Sequence record: SRR22947727_230
Reading direction: 5' to 3' (one strand)
DNA: 53,816 nucleotides
Part shown: positions 18,565 through 27,634 of the stretch, piece after piece
Numbering within the stretch: the first letter of the stretch is position 1
How the letters are laid out: each line of letters starts with the position of its first letter
The notes under the pieces: generated by a model
What the model was told of the DNA's origin: nothing
What the model saw: only the letters and a program-made list of their open reading frames with translations
Databases searched by the model: none
Program-made: the position numbers and the translations under genes

Positions 18565-18685
18565 AATTTTTTTTGAAAATCTGAAGGTCAAAAATACTCT
18601 TTTAAACGAATGGCCATAATCTTGGGTCTTTCAACTTAGATTTTGAGTCAAATATAGATAATTTTTTTAGATATGAATTAGAAAG
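18565..18685 (-). repeat. Diverged direct repeat copy 2: functional AKR 3' end plus a decayed pseG 5' stub
   Basis: + strand aattttttttga------aaatctgaagg...tggccataatcttgggtctttcaacttagattttga aligns with aattttttttgacacctcaaatctaaaag...tggccataatcttggttcttttagtttagaatttga at 15617. The stub reads MA.../LTFRF--SKKI versus PseG MA...IAFRFEVSKKI. Confidence 0.8.
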
Positions 18686-19480
18686 TTTTTTTTTTTTAAG
18701 TTTTATTATTTCATTTAATTGTTCAAAATTATCTATACCCAAAACAATACTATCTATTTGCATATTTGAAGTTACAAACTTTAGGGCTAATTGCTTAAGA
18801 TCTTTTAGATCTAAGTTTAATTTAGATAAATTTTTCTTAATTTCTTTTTCAAGTGGCTCCATTTGCTTTGGTAAAAAAGAAATTTTTTCAGTTAGAACTC
18901 CCTTTAAAAATGTTGATCGTGTAAAAATTTTAATTCTTTTCTTTTTTGCTAAGCTAAAAACTTTTGTGTTCATTTCTTGATTTATAAGATTATAAGGAAC
19001 TTGAATACTTTCTATCCACCCCGAATTTATACAGGCTAAAGCTTCACTTTGAGTATAAACAGTAGCTCCAATCATTTTTATTAATTCTTTTTTTTTTAAG
19101 TTTAAAAAAAAATTTTTAAGTTCAGAATTTTTAAAAATATTTTTATCTGCATTATGAATTTGAATGAAATCTAATTTTTTTTTATTTAAATTTTTTCTAC
19201 TTTTATTTATTGATTCTAGTATTTTCTTTAGATCAATTTTTTTTGATTGAATATAAATTTTTGTTGCAATTAAACAATTATATTTTTTTAATGCTTCTCC
19301 AAGTATTTTTTCAGCATTTCCATAATCTGGAGATGTATCAAATGATTTTATACCACTTTTGAATGCTCTTCTAATTATTTTAATAGCTATTTTTTTTGAT
19401 ACCTTATTTTTTTGTTTTTTTCTTAACCCATAGTCTTGCCCAAAATTAACTGTGCCTAGTGTTATTTTTGAAATTTTCAC
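18602..19480 (-). CDS. Aldo/keto reductase
   Basis: LGTVNFGQDYG, FDTSPDYGNAE.ILG, ATK, QIHN, IQVPYNL, RSTFLKG, DPRLW; GTG start. Confidence 0.9.
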   Translation of the reverse strand: MKISKITLGTVNFGQDYGLRKKQKNKVSKKIAIKIIRRAFKSGIKSFDTSPDYGNAEKILGEALKKYNCLIATKIYIQSKKIDLKKILESINKSRKNLNKKKLDFIQIHNADKNIFKNSELKNFFLNLKKKELIKMIGATVYTQSEALACINSGWIESIQVPYNLINQEMNTKVFSLAKKKRIKIFTRSTFLKGVLTEKISFLPKQMEPLEKEIKKNLSKLNLDLKDLKQLALKFVTSNMQIDSIVLGIDNFEQLNEIIKLKKKKLSNSYLKKLSIFDSKSKLKDPRLWPFV

Positions 19481-19489
19481 TTTTTTATT

Positions 19490-20794
19490 TTATTCTTTTG
19501 TTATTCTTGAAAAAGATTTAATGGCAATAGATTTGTAGCTTAATTCATTATATTTTTTTTTTGATAGTTTGTAAAAAATTTTGTCTGCACATTTTTTGTA
19601 AATAAGTAAATGTTTTTCTTTATGAGAATAGGATGGTCTAAATTGCCTAAAAGCAAGAATGTTAAATCTTAGCATTTCTCTTGTGAAATATGTCTGCATT
19701 TTTTGATTGTCATTATTTTTAAAAGAAAAACTAGGCAGAGTATCTATTCCAGATATTTCAATTTCAATGCTATGTTTTTTTGCAAGTTTTTTCCAAATTG
19801 TCTTCATGGTCTTGCCCATCTTAATGTTGTGATTAAAAATTTTTTTATTAATACATTTTTTAATGGTAGCTATTGCAGCAGCTGGGCCAACTCTTTCAGT
19901 CCAATTTGTACTTGAAATAAAAGTTTTATTTGCAGCATTCATAACATTATTTTTACCAATTATTGCTGACATGGCATAACCATTAGACATGGATTTTGCA
20001 AATACTGCAATATCTGGATTAATATTATGAAGCAAATGTATTCCGCCCACATTCATTCTAAATCCAGATGTTATTTCATCAAATATTACAATTGCTCCAA
20101 TTTTTTGTGCGACTTTTTTTAATTCTTTTAAATATCTTTCTTTTACAGTATTGCCTCTAGCAGGCTCAATGACTATTGCAGCTATTTTTTTTTCTTTATT
20201 TTTGATTTTTTTTTTCAAATTATTGATATTTGAGTCATCAAAAGGTATAGCTGAATTTATCAAACTTTTAGGAACACCAGCAGGATCAAGACCAGATAGT
20301 AAAAATTTATTTAAATTTTTCTTAGATTGTATATTTGAGGACAGATACCAATCGTTCCATCCGTGATAACCACTAAATAATATTTTATCTCTCCCTGTAT
20401 AAGTTCTTGCAATTCTTATTGCTATCGACATTGCTTCTCCACCACCCCTAGCAAATCTTACTTTTTTTGCCCATGGGTGAAGTTTAAGTAAAAGGTTTGC
20501 TAGCTCAAATTCTTCAACAGGATTAATTGAAGACGAAACCCCATTCGAAATTACTTTTTTTACTGCTCCATCAATATCTTTATCTGCATATCCGAGTATA
20601 GAAGCTCCAACATTCATAATACTCATATCAAGATATTTATTATTATCTAAATCCCAAATATAAACTCCTTTTGCTTTAGAAAAATATCCAGGCCAAAGTC
20701 CAGGTGCAAATAGATCAGGTTTTTTTGAAAATAACTGTGTTCCACCAGGAATAATTCTTTTTGCCAAATTGTAAATTTTTTTAGTTTTTTTCAT
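19490..20794 (-). CDS. Class III PLP aminotransferase (GSA-aminomutase/KdnA-like)
   Basis: IPGGTQLFSK, FARGGGEAM, FSGYHGW.DW, FDEITSGFR, PDIAVFAKSMSNG, ISSTNW. ATG at 20794 preferred. Confidence 0.9.
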   Translation of the reverse strand: MKKTKKIYNLAKRIIPGGTQLFSKKPDLFAPGLWPGYFSKAKGVYIWDLDNNKYLDMSIMNVGASILGYADKDIDGAVKKVISNGVSSSINPVEEFELANLLLKLHPWAKKVRFARGGGEAMSIAIRIARTYTGRDKILFSGYHGWNDWYLSSNIQSKKNLNKFLLSGLDPAGVPKSLINSAIPFDDSNINNLKKKIKNKEKKIAAIVIEPARGNTVKERYLKELKKVAQKIGAIVIFDEITSGFRMNVGGIHLLHNINPDIAVFAKSMSNGYAMSAIIGKNNVMNAANKTFISSTNWTERVGPAAAIATIKKCINKKIFNHNIKMGKTMKTIWKKLAKKHSIEIEISGIDTLPSFSFKNNDNQKMQTYFTREMLRFNILAFRQFRPSYSHKEKHLLIYKKCADKIFYKLSKKKYNELSYKSIAIKSFSRITKE

Positions 20795-20798
20795 TAGT

Positions 20799-21548
20799 TT
20801 AATATTTTTCTTTACCAATATATTTTTTGTTTAAATTTAGAAGATTTGGGTTAGATTTAAAAAACCTATTTATATCTTTTAAGTAAAAATTTTTTTTTCC
20901 AATTTTTCTATAAATTGTTCTAATTAGCTTTAAGTCATCTAAATTATCTAGCGTTATTCTTAAATGAGAATAATCTTTTTTTGGCACAAGAGTTCCAATA
21001 TTAAATTTTTTCTTATTTTTCCAAAGAAATGGAGTTACGTGCTCTCTATCAAAATTTAATTTTGCTTTGTGGAATGCTTTATCAAGAGCTGAGAAGCTGA
21101 AACATTCTGCATCTAATCCATCTGGATACTTGTTACACCTAATTTTTGATACACCAGCACCAGTAGCTACACCAACATGATCAAAGTTTCCTTTAGCGTA
21201 TAATTTTATGAGTTTATTTATTATTTTGTAATCAATTAAAGGACAGTCTGCAGTTATCCTAACAATAATTTGAGCTTTAAATTTTATTGCAGTATTATAA
21301 AATCTTTTAAGAACATCTTTTTCATCCCCACAAAAAAAACTAATCTTCTTTCTTTTACAAAGATTAATTATTTTTTTATCTTTTAAATTAGTTGTTGTTG
21401 CCACAATAATAGGAAGGTTAAGTTTTTTTAATCTATAAATTATATGCTCAAGTACAGTAATATTATTTATTTTTTTTAAGACTTTGTTTGGAAGTCTTTT
21501 AGAATTTAATCTTGCTTGTACTATGATAACTATTTTTTTTTTTCCCAT
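20799..21548 (-). CDS. spsF: SpsF-like cytidylyltransferase (CMP-nonulosonate synthetase family)
   Basis: QARLNSKRLPNKVL, GDEKDVLKRF, RITADCPLID, PDGLDAE, REHVTPF, RITLD..DD. Confidence 0.85.
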   Translation of the reverse strand: MGKKKIVIIVQARLNSKRLPNKVLKKINNITVLEHIIYRLKKLNLPIIVATTTNLKDKKIINLCKRKKISFFCGDEKDVLKRFYNTAIKFKAQIIVRITADCPLIDYKIINKLIKLYAKGNFDHVGVATGAGVSKIRCNKYPDGLDAECFSFSALDKAFHKAKLNFDREHVTPFLWKNKKKFNIGTLVPKKDYSHLRITLDNLDDLKLIRTIYRKIGKKNFYLKDINRFFKSNPNLLNLNKKYIGKEKY

Positions 21549-22399
21549 TTCTTTCTAATTTTTTTCATTGGTCTTAAACCGTCTTTAGGGTCGGCTCTCC
21601 AATCTCGATCTGATAGTTCAGATTTTGAAGGTTTTTTAATACTATTTCCATCAGAACTAATTGCTTGATTTACATTTAGAATTAATCTTGAAGCTTCTTT
21701 TGGTAGCCAGCAATGCCCAGCTTTAAATTCAAAACCTTTTCCATCTAAGTCATAGTGTAATTCAATATCTTTAACTCCCCATCGATGAATAGCCCTATTT
21801 ATTACTTGTTCGTTAACAGTATGATCTGACCAACCAATATTTTTATGAATACTTTTAAGAGTTTTAATTATTGATAAATTAGCATCTTCTAATTTTGCAG
21901 GGTATGAGGAAACACAATGCATAATTGTTAAATTTTTAAGTTTAGTTGATTTAATTAAATTAAAAGCATCATTGACTTCTTTTAGTGTAGCCATTCCCGT
22001 TGAAATTATAAGGGGTTTTCTTGTTAAAGCACATTTGCGAATAAGTTTTTTGTGTAAAATTTCATAAGAAGAAATTTTAAAAAAATCTACATAATCTTTA
22101 AGCTCATCAACAGCTTCAAGATAAAAAGGTGTACATCCAAACTTAATATTAATTTTCTTACAATGAGCATGTATTTTTTTTATAAACGAAATTGGCAATT
22201 CCCATTTTTTTCTATTTTGATGAATTTTTGATTTCTCTAAAATGTCTTTTGAAAATAATTTTTCAATTTTAAAAAGTTGAAATTTAACAGAACTAAAGCC
22301 TGATTTTTTTGCACTATTAATAAGTGATATAGATCTTTTTATTGACCCATTATGGTTGCTTGAAATTTCAGCGATAAAATTAATTTTTTTTTTTCCCAT
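21530..22399 (-). CDS. NeuB/SpsE-family nonulosonate synthase, short form
   Basis: FIAEISSNHNG, VKFQ, FKISSYE, ISTGMAT, MHCVSSYPA, GWSDHT, IELH; 289 aa. Confidence 0.9.
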   Translation of the reverse strand: MGKKKINFIAEISSNHNGSIKRSISLINSAKKSGFSSVKFQLFKIEKLFSKDILEKSKIHQNRKKWELPISFIKKIHAHCKKINIKFGCTPFYLEAVDELKDYVDFFKISSYEILHKKLIRKCALTRKPLIISTGMATLKEVNDAFNLIKSTKLKNLTIMHCVSSYPAKLEDANLSIIKTLKSIHKNIGWSDHTVNEQVINRAIHRWGVKDIELHYDLDGKGFEFKAGHCWLPKEASRLILNVNQAISSDGNSIKKPSKSELSDRDWRADPKDGLRPMKKIRKKWEKKK

Positions 22400-23543
22400 T
22401 ATTATTTATATAATTTTTTACAATTTTAATAACTCTATTAACTTCAGTTTTTTTTAGGTTTGGGTATATTGGAATTGAAATTGATTCATTGTAATAATTC
22501 TCTGCTTCAATTAATCTAAAGTTTTTAAATAACTTTTTATAAAATGGATGTTTGTAAATAGGAATATAATGAACATTAACAAAATAATTTTTTTTTCTAA
22601 GATATGAAAAAAGTGATTTTCGAATATCTTTATTAACTCTTATTATAAATAGATGATAAGAAGAATAATTTTCTTCAGGTATTTTTTGAATTTTTATTTC
22701 TGTATTCTTAAAACTAGAAATATATTTTTTTGCAATTGAGTTTCTTTTTTTGGTAAAAGAATTTACTTTTTCAAGTTGAGACCTTCCTAAAGCCGCTGAA
22801 ATCTCGTTCATTCTATAATTAAAACCAATGCATACTTGCTCATAAAACCACAATCCCTTTCTAGCAATTTTTTTTCTTGGTAAATTTTTATTTATTCCTG
22901 ATGATTGCATGTAAGTTAGTTTCTGAAATATTTTCTTATTATTAGATAGAACTGCACCACCTTCTCCAGTGGTAATAATTTTTACAGGATGAAAACTAAA
23001 AACAGTTAAGTCACTGTATTTACAACTGCCAACTTTATAATTACCATGATAAGAACCAAGAGCATGAGAAGCATCCTCTATGATTTTAAATTTATATTTT
23101 TTTGAAAGTTGAAAAATTTTTTTCATATCACAGCTTAATCCACCGAGATGAACAGGAATTAAAATTTTAGGTAATTTTTTATTTTTTTTTGCTTTTATCA
23201 ATTTTTCCTCTAACTTAATAACATCCATATTGAAAGTTGAGTTGTTGATATCTACAAAGTCAATTTTGGCACCACAATATATGCCACAATTAGCTGACGC
23301 CACAAATGATATTGGTGATGTCCATAAGTAGTCTCCTTTTTTTAAGCCTAAAGCTAAACACGCTATGTGTAAACCAGCTGTTGCACTGTTTAATGCAATT
23401 GCAAATTTTGCATTGCAAAATTTTGCTAGTTTTTTTTCAAATTCTTTTACAATAGGACCTTGAGTTATAAGGTCTGATCTTAAGACTTTAACGGCTGACT
23501 TTATATCTTTGTTATCTATTAATTGCTTGCTATAAGGTATCAT
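22380..23543 (-). CDS. pseC: UDP-4-amino-4,6-dideoxy-N-acetyl-beta-L-altrosamine transaminase
   Basis: MIPYSKQ.I...DI, ITQGP, NSATAGLHIAC, SPISFVASANC, EDASHALG, FSFHPVKIITTGEGG, GFNYRM. Confidence 0.92.
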   Translation of the reverse strand: MIPYSKQLIDNKDIKSAVKVLRSDLITQGPIVKEFEKKLAKFCNAKFAIALNSATAGLHIACLALGLKKGDYLWTSPISFVASANCGIYCGAKIDFVDINNSTFNMDVIKLEEKLIKAKKNKKLPKILIPVHLGGLSCDMKKIFQLSKKYKFKIIEDASHALGSYHGNYKVGSCKYSDLTVFSFHPVKIITTGEGGAVLSNNKKIFQKLTYMQSSGINKNLPRKKIARKGLWFYEQVCIGFNYRMNEISAALGRSQLEKVNSFTKKRNSIAKKYISSFKNTEIKIQKIPEENYSSYHLFIIRVNKDIRKSLFSYLRKKNYFVNVHYIPIYKHPFYKKLFKNFRLIEAENYYNESISIPIYPNLKKTEVNRVIKIVKNYINNNGKKKN

Positions 23544-23651
23544 TTTGTAGGGTATATATTAATTTTGCAAGGTATATGTTTATAAGTATTTTGCAAATAA
23601 GACAAGATTACATTAATAAAAGATAATTTTTAAAATACAAATTCTTAAGCA

Positions 23652-25190
23652 ATGAATAAAAATTTTTTAAGTAATATCAAAAAACTTAAAGACTTAATTG
23701 ATATTAAAATTAATGAAATCGAAGAAAATAGAAATCTTTTAATTGTTGATAGAGGCACAATCGACCCGATGATTAGAACCTCTATAGTAGCCCAAATACT
23801 AAATGAAAAAAAAAAACTTAATCCAATTGTTTTAAGCGTTTATAAATCTAACTCGTGGAGATCTCAGGTTTATAGAAGTTTTGGTATTAAAAAATTCCTT
23901 CAAACTCCTAGATTGAAACTCTCATTCCTTTATCCACTTATCTTAATTAAGTCATTGTTCATTTTCTGTAAATCTTATTTTATTTTTATATTTAAAGATT
24001 TTAGATGGCTGATATATAATTTTAAAATATATAATATTAATATAGGTGATCTTATTTATGACTCGTATATTAGACATGAATTAAAATTTGCAAACCCAAA
24101 AAAAATAGACTCACGATTAATTTACTTATTTCTTTTAGCAATATACAAAACAGTTTTTATAAATACTTTAATAGAGAAAAAAAAAATAAGTTATGTGCTT
24201 GTAAGCACAGGAACATATGTTAATGACTCTTCAATTGCTTTAAGGTTAGCAGCACAAAAAAAGATACCCGCATTGTATGTCTTTTGGTTTTTATTGATTT
24301 TTCATGATAGTTATGAAAGCACTCTTTTAAGCCGAAGAAAAATTTTTAAAAGCGATATTGAAAATTTAGATTTACCAGACAATTGGTTACAAGAATTCGA
24401 AAAATATGCAACATCAAGATATTCAGGTAGAATAGAATATAGAGATTTTTTAAATGCATATAAAAACAAAATGTTAATAAATAATGATGAATTATTTAAA
24501 AAATTAAATATTTCCAAAGGCCAATACTCCCATATAGCTTTGATAGCACCACATGCATTTTCAGATGCATCTCATGAGTCTTTTGAAATGATTTTTAATG
24601 ATTACTATGATCACTTTATTCAAACTTTAAATTTTATTAAAGATAAAAAGGAATTAGATGATGTATTATGGGTAGTAAATCCTCATCCCTCAAGCCATGT
24701 TTTTAAAGAAGAAGGATTTGCAGAAAAAATTATTAACAAAATAAATAAAAAAAATATTGTAATTTTTCCACAAGATGTAAATGTTTTTTCAATTTTGAGA
24801 ATTGTTGATACTGTAGTAACTTGTCGTGGAACAATTGGTTTAGAATTTCCCGCATGTTTTGAAAAAAAATCTATTATAGCTGGTGAGGCACCATATTCAG
24901 GTTTTAATTTTCTTGAAGAGCCAGTTGATAAAAAATCTTATTTTAAAGCTATACTTAATATTAAGAATATAAGTAAACTAACAGATGCAGAAAAGATATT
25001 AGCAAAAAAAGTTTTTTACTTTTATGAATGTTTACAACTAGAGTCTTTTACAACATCAATCCTTCCTATAAATAGATTTTTACAACCTGATAAATTTTTA
25101 GAGGAAATTATTTTAAAGCTAGAAAAATCAAACTTTAAAAAAGATCAATATTACCTAAAAACCATAGAACTTATTATGAAAAGAAATTAA
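23652..25190 (+). CDS. Capsule-polysaccharide-biosynthesis-type protein (GT-B-like, possible ulosonate transferase)
   Basis: IGDLIYDSY, PHAFSD, NPHPS, VTCRGTIGLE, AGEAPYSG motifs typical of KpsS/capsule-synthesis-like proteins. Confidence 0.55.
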   Translation: MNKNFLSNIKKLKDLIDIKINEIEENRNLLIVDRGTIDPMIRTSIVAQILNEKKKLNPIVLSVYKSNSWRSQVYRSFGIKKFLQTPRLKLSFLYPLILIKSLFIFCKSYFIFIFKDFRWLIYNFKIYNINIGDLIYDSYIRHELKFANPKKIDSRLIYLFLLAIYKTVFINTLIEKKKISYVLVSTGTYVNDSSIALRLAAQKKIPALYVFWFLLIFHDSYESTLLSRRKIFKSDIENLDLPDNWLQEFEKYATSRYSGRIEYRDFLNAYKNKMLINNDELFKKLNISKGQYSHIALIAPHAFSDASHESFEMIFNDYYDHFIQTLNFIKDKKELDDVLWVVNPHPSSHVFKEEGFAEKIINKINKKNIVIFPQDVNVFSILRIVDTVVTCRGTIGLEFPACFEKKSIIAGEAPYSGFNFLEEPVDKKSYFKAILNIKNISKLTDAEKILAKKVFYFYECLQLESFTTSILPINRFLQPDKFLEEIILKLEKSNFKKDQYYLKTIELIMKRN

Positions 25191-25696
25191 TGAAAAGTTT
25201 TAACATTATGACAAAAAGATTTTGTGTTAGAAAACTTAAATTATTTGATGTTAATCTAAATTATTTGCAGTGGTTTAAAGAAAAAGAAATACAAAATTTT
25301 ATTGGCAAGACTAACTATAAAAATATTTCAGAATTAAAAAATTATTTTAAAATTGAAAATAAAAAAAAAGATACTATTTTCTTAGGAATTTTTACAAAGC
25401 AAAATAATCAACATATTGGAAATATAAAATTTTATAATTTGCATAAAGTTAAAAATAGTTGTGAGCTGGGAATAATGATTGGAAATAAGAATTGGAGAAA
25501 TAAATCTGTTGCTTATGAAACACTGGTAAGTTGTCTTAAAAATTTAAAAAAAAATTTTTTAATAAAGAAAATTTATTTAGGAGTAGAAAAAAAAAATCAT
25601 TCAGCTGTGAAATTATATAAAAAAATAGGCTTTAATATAACAAAAATTAGAATAAAGAATCACAGGCATATAATGGATATGGAGAAAATTTTATAA
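25190..25696 (+). CDS. GNAT N-acetyltransferase (RimJ/PseH-like)
   Basis: HIGNIK, ELGIMIG.K.W, LGV...N..A.KLY.K.GF. Confidence 0.85.
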   Translation: MKSFNIMTKRFCVRKLKLFDVNLNYLQWFKEKEIQNFIGKTNYKNISELKNYFKIENKKKDTIFLGIFTKQNNQHIGNIKFYNLHKVKNSCELGIMIGNKNWRNKSVAYETLVSCLKNLKKNFLIKKIYLGVEKKNHSAVKLYKKIGFNITKIRIKNHRHIMDMEKIL

Positions 25697-25705
25697 TTAA
25701 TTACT

Positions 25706-27487
25706 ATGATTAAATTATTAAATACTCTGAATTATTTTTTAATTTCAAAGGAGAAAAAACAATTAGTGGTTCTATTTATTGCTGGTTTATTTTTCGTGAT
25801 ATTAGAGACTGTTGGATTGAGCGCAATAGGAGTATATGCAGCAATAATAATAAACCCTGACATGGTTAGTTCTAAAATTAATTTTATGAATGTAGATGAT
25901 TTGATAAATCAAGTATCTTACAAAAGTTTCGTAATTATAATATCAATCTCTCTAGTTTTAATATTTTTTTTAAAGAATATATATCTTATTTTTTATACTT
26001 ATTTTGAAACTCAAGTCACAAAAAAAATTTTAGCTAGAAACTCTCTTAAACTTTATGATATTTATTTAAGTAAAAATTATCTTTTTCACATAAAAAATAA
26101 TCCTCAAACATTAGTTAATAATATTAATTCAACCTTAAAAATGTCAATTAATTTTGTATTTTATTTTTTAAAACTAACAAGAGAAATATTATTTGTAGCT
26201 ATTTTGATAATAGGATTGTTTATAATAAACTGGAAATATTCAATAATAGTATTTTCAGTTCTAACTTTTTTTTCATTAATTTTATCAATTTTTTTGAGGA
26301 AGAGATTAAGTGTTTATGGTGAAAATATTATTGATAGCGGCAAAAATATTTTAAGAAACTTGAATGAGGGTATAAGAAGTATAAAATTTTCAAAGTTATT
26401 AAAAAACTTTTCTTACTTGATTGAAAATTATAACAAAAGCTTATTACAAAGAGAAAATTATCAGCAAAAATATAGTATATTGACTAAGTTACCCAAATTT
26501 TTTCTTGAGGTGTCATCAATATTAATTCTAGTTATGACTACTATTTTTCTTATTGATTATACTGAGGATAAAACACAGTTAGCTACAATGTTAGCTTTAA
26601 TAAGTTTAATTTTTATAAGATTAATCCCTTCCTTCATAAATTTGAACAATGTCATAAATGATCTGAAATTCTGCAAACCAGCATATGATGTTATTTTAGA
26701 GGAATATATTGAAGATTTTAAAAAGAGTAAATTGAATGAAATCAAAAAAAAAAGTCTAATTAATAATGAAAATTTTTTTCCTATTAAGTTAAAAAAAATA
26801 AATTTTCAATATTTGGAAGAAGATGATAATCCAAAAAAACTAATCCTAGAAAATTTATCCTTAGAGATTGAGAAACAAAAAATGATTGGTATCGCTGGTA
26901 AATCTGGTGCAGGCAAAACTACTTTAGTAGATATTATTGTTGGATTTTTAAAACCATTATCAGGCAATATTATACTTAATAATATAGAAACAAATTTATA
27001 TAATAATTCAGAATGGCAAAATTTAATTGGCTATGTTCCCCAAGAAACAATCTTAAATAATACGACTATTTTAGAAAATGTTGCCTTTGGTATTGATAAG
27101 AAGAATATTGATAGAGATTTAGTTATAGAATGTTTAAAAAAATCTCAATTAATTGATTTTATTAATTCATTGCCAAATAAACTTGATACAGTAATTGAAG
27201 ATCTAGGAAAAAATATTTCAGGAGGTCAAAAACAACGATTTGGTTTAGCTAGAGCTCTTTATAGAAAGCCAAAACTTTTAATTTTAGACGAACCGACCAG
27301 CTCGTTGGATCATTTTAATGAACAAAAAATTCTTGAAGATTTATTACAATTAAAAGATAAATTATCAATAATTATAATAGCCCATAAATATACTTCAATT
27401 AAATATTGTGATAAGGTATTTTATTTAAAAAATGGTCAATTAGTAAATTCAGGAAGTCCTAATACGATTAAAAATTTATTTGATTAA
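25706..27487 (+). CDS. ABC transporter permease/ATPase fusion (PglK/MsbA-like glycan flippase)
   Basis: N-terminal transmembrane domain; GKSGAGKTT, GYVPQ, ISGGQKQR, LILDEPTS, IIAH. Confidence 0.92.
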   Translation: MIKLLNTLNYFLISKEKKQLVVLFIAGLFFVILETVGLSAIGVYAAIIINPDMVSSKINFMNVDDLINQVSYKSFVIIISISLVLIFFLKNIYLIFYTYFETQVTKKILARNSLKLYDIYLSKNYLFHIKNNPQTLVNNINSTLKMSINFVFYFLKLTREILFVAILIIGLFIINWKYSIIVFSVLTFFSLILSIFLRKRLSVYGENIIDSGKNILRNLNEGIRSIKFSKLLKNFSYLIENYNKSLLQRENYQQKYSILTKLPKFFLEVSSILILVMTTIFLIDYTEDKTQLATMLALISLIFIRLIPSFINLNNVINDLKFCKPAYDVILEEYIEDFKKSKLNEIKKKSLINNENFFPIKLKKINFQYLEEDDNPKKLILENLSLEIEKQKMIGIAGKSGAGKTTLVDIIVGFLKPLSGNIILNNIETNLYNNSEWQNLIGYVPQETILNNTTILENVAFGIDKKNIDRDLVIECLKKSQLIDFINSLPNKLDTVIEDLGKNISGGQKQRFGLARALYRKPKLLILDEPTSSLDHFNEQKILEDLLQLKDKLSIIIIAHKYTSIKYCDKVFYLKNGQLVNSGSPNTIKNLFD

Positions 27488-27489
27488 TT

Positions 27490-27579
27490 ATGAATGATAC
27501 AATAAGTAAAATAAATTATTTAGATTACACCTTTAGAGACGGTAGATATTACAACAATTGGAATTTTAATAAAAACTAA
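27490..27579 (+). pseudogene. Decayed 5' stub of an aldolase homolog
   Basis: MNDTISKINYLDYTFRDGRYYNNWNFNKN* versus MSKLKILDCTLRDGGYYNNWNF of the next gene (15/21 aa identical). Confidence 0.85.
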
Positions 27580-27634
27580 TGAACAATGGAAAGCAAGAGA
27601 GTTTACATAAAAAACTTAGATGGTTTTATAAAAA

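Noticed and set aside
19490-20794. hemL (tetrapyrrole/B12 synthesis), given its proximity to btuB
   Set aside because: It is coupled to spsF and the AKR in a sugar operon, no other hem/cob genes are present, and the B12 module appears to be a later insertion.
23551-23596. Short imperfect repeat ggtatat...ttttgcaa (twice) in the divergent pseC promoter region
   Set aside because: Too short and AT-rich to call a regulator site.
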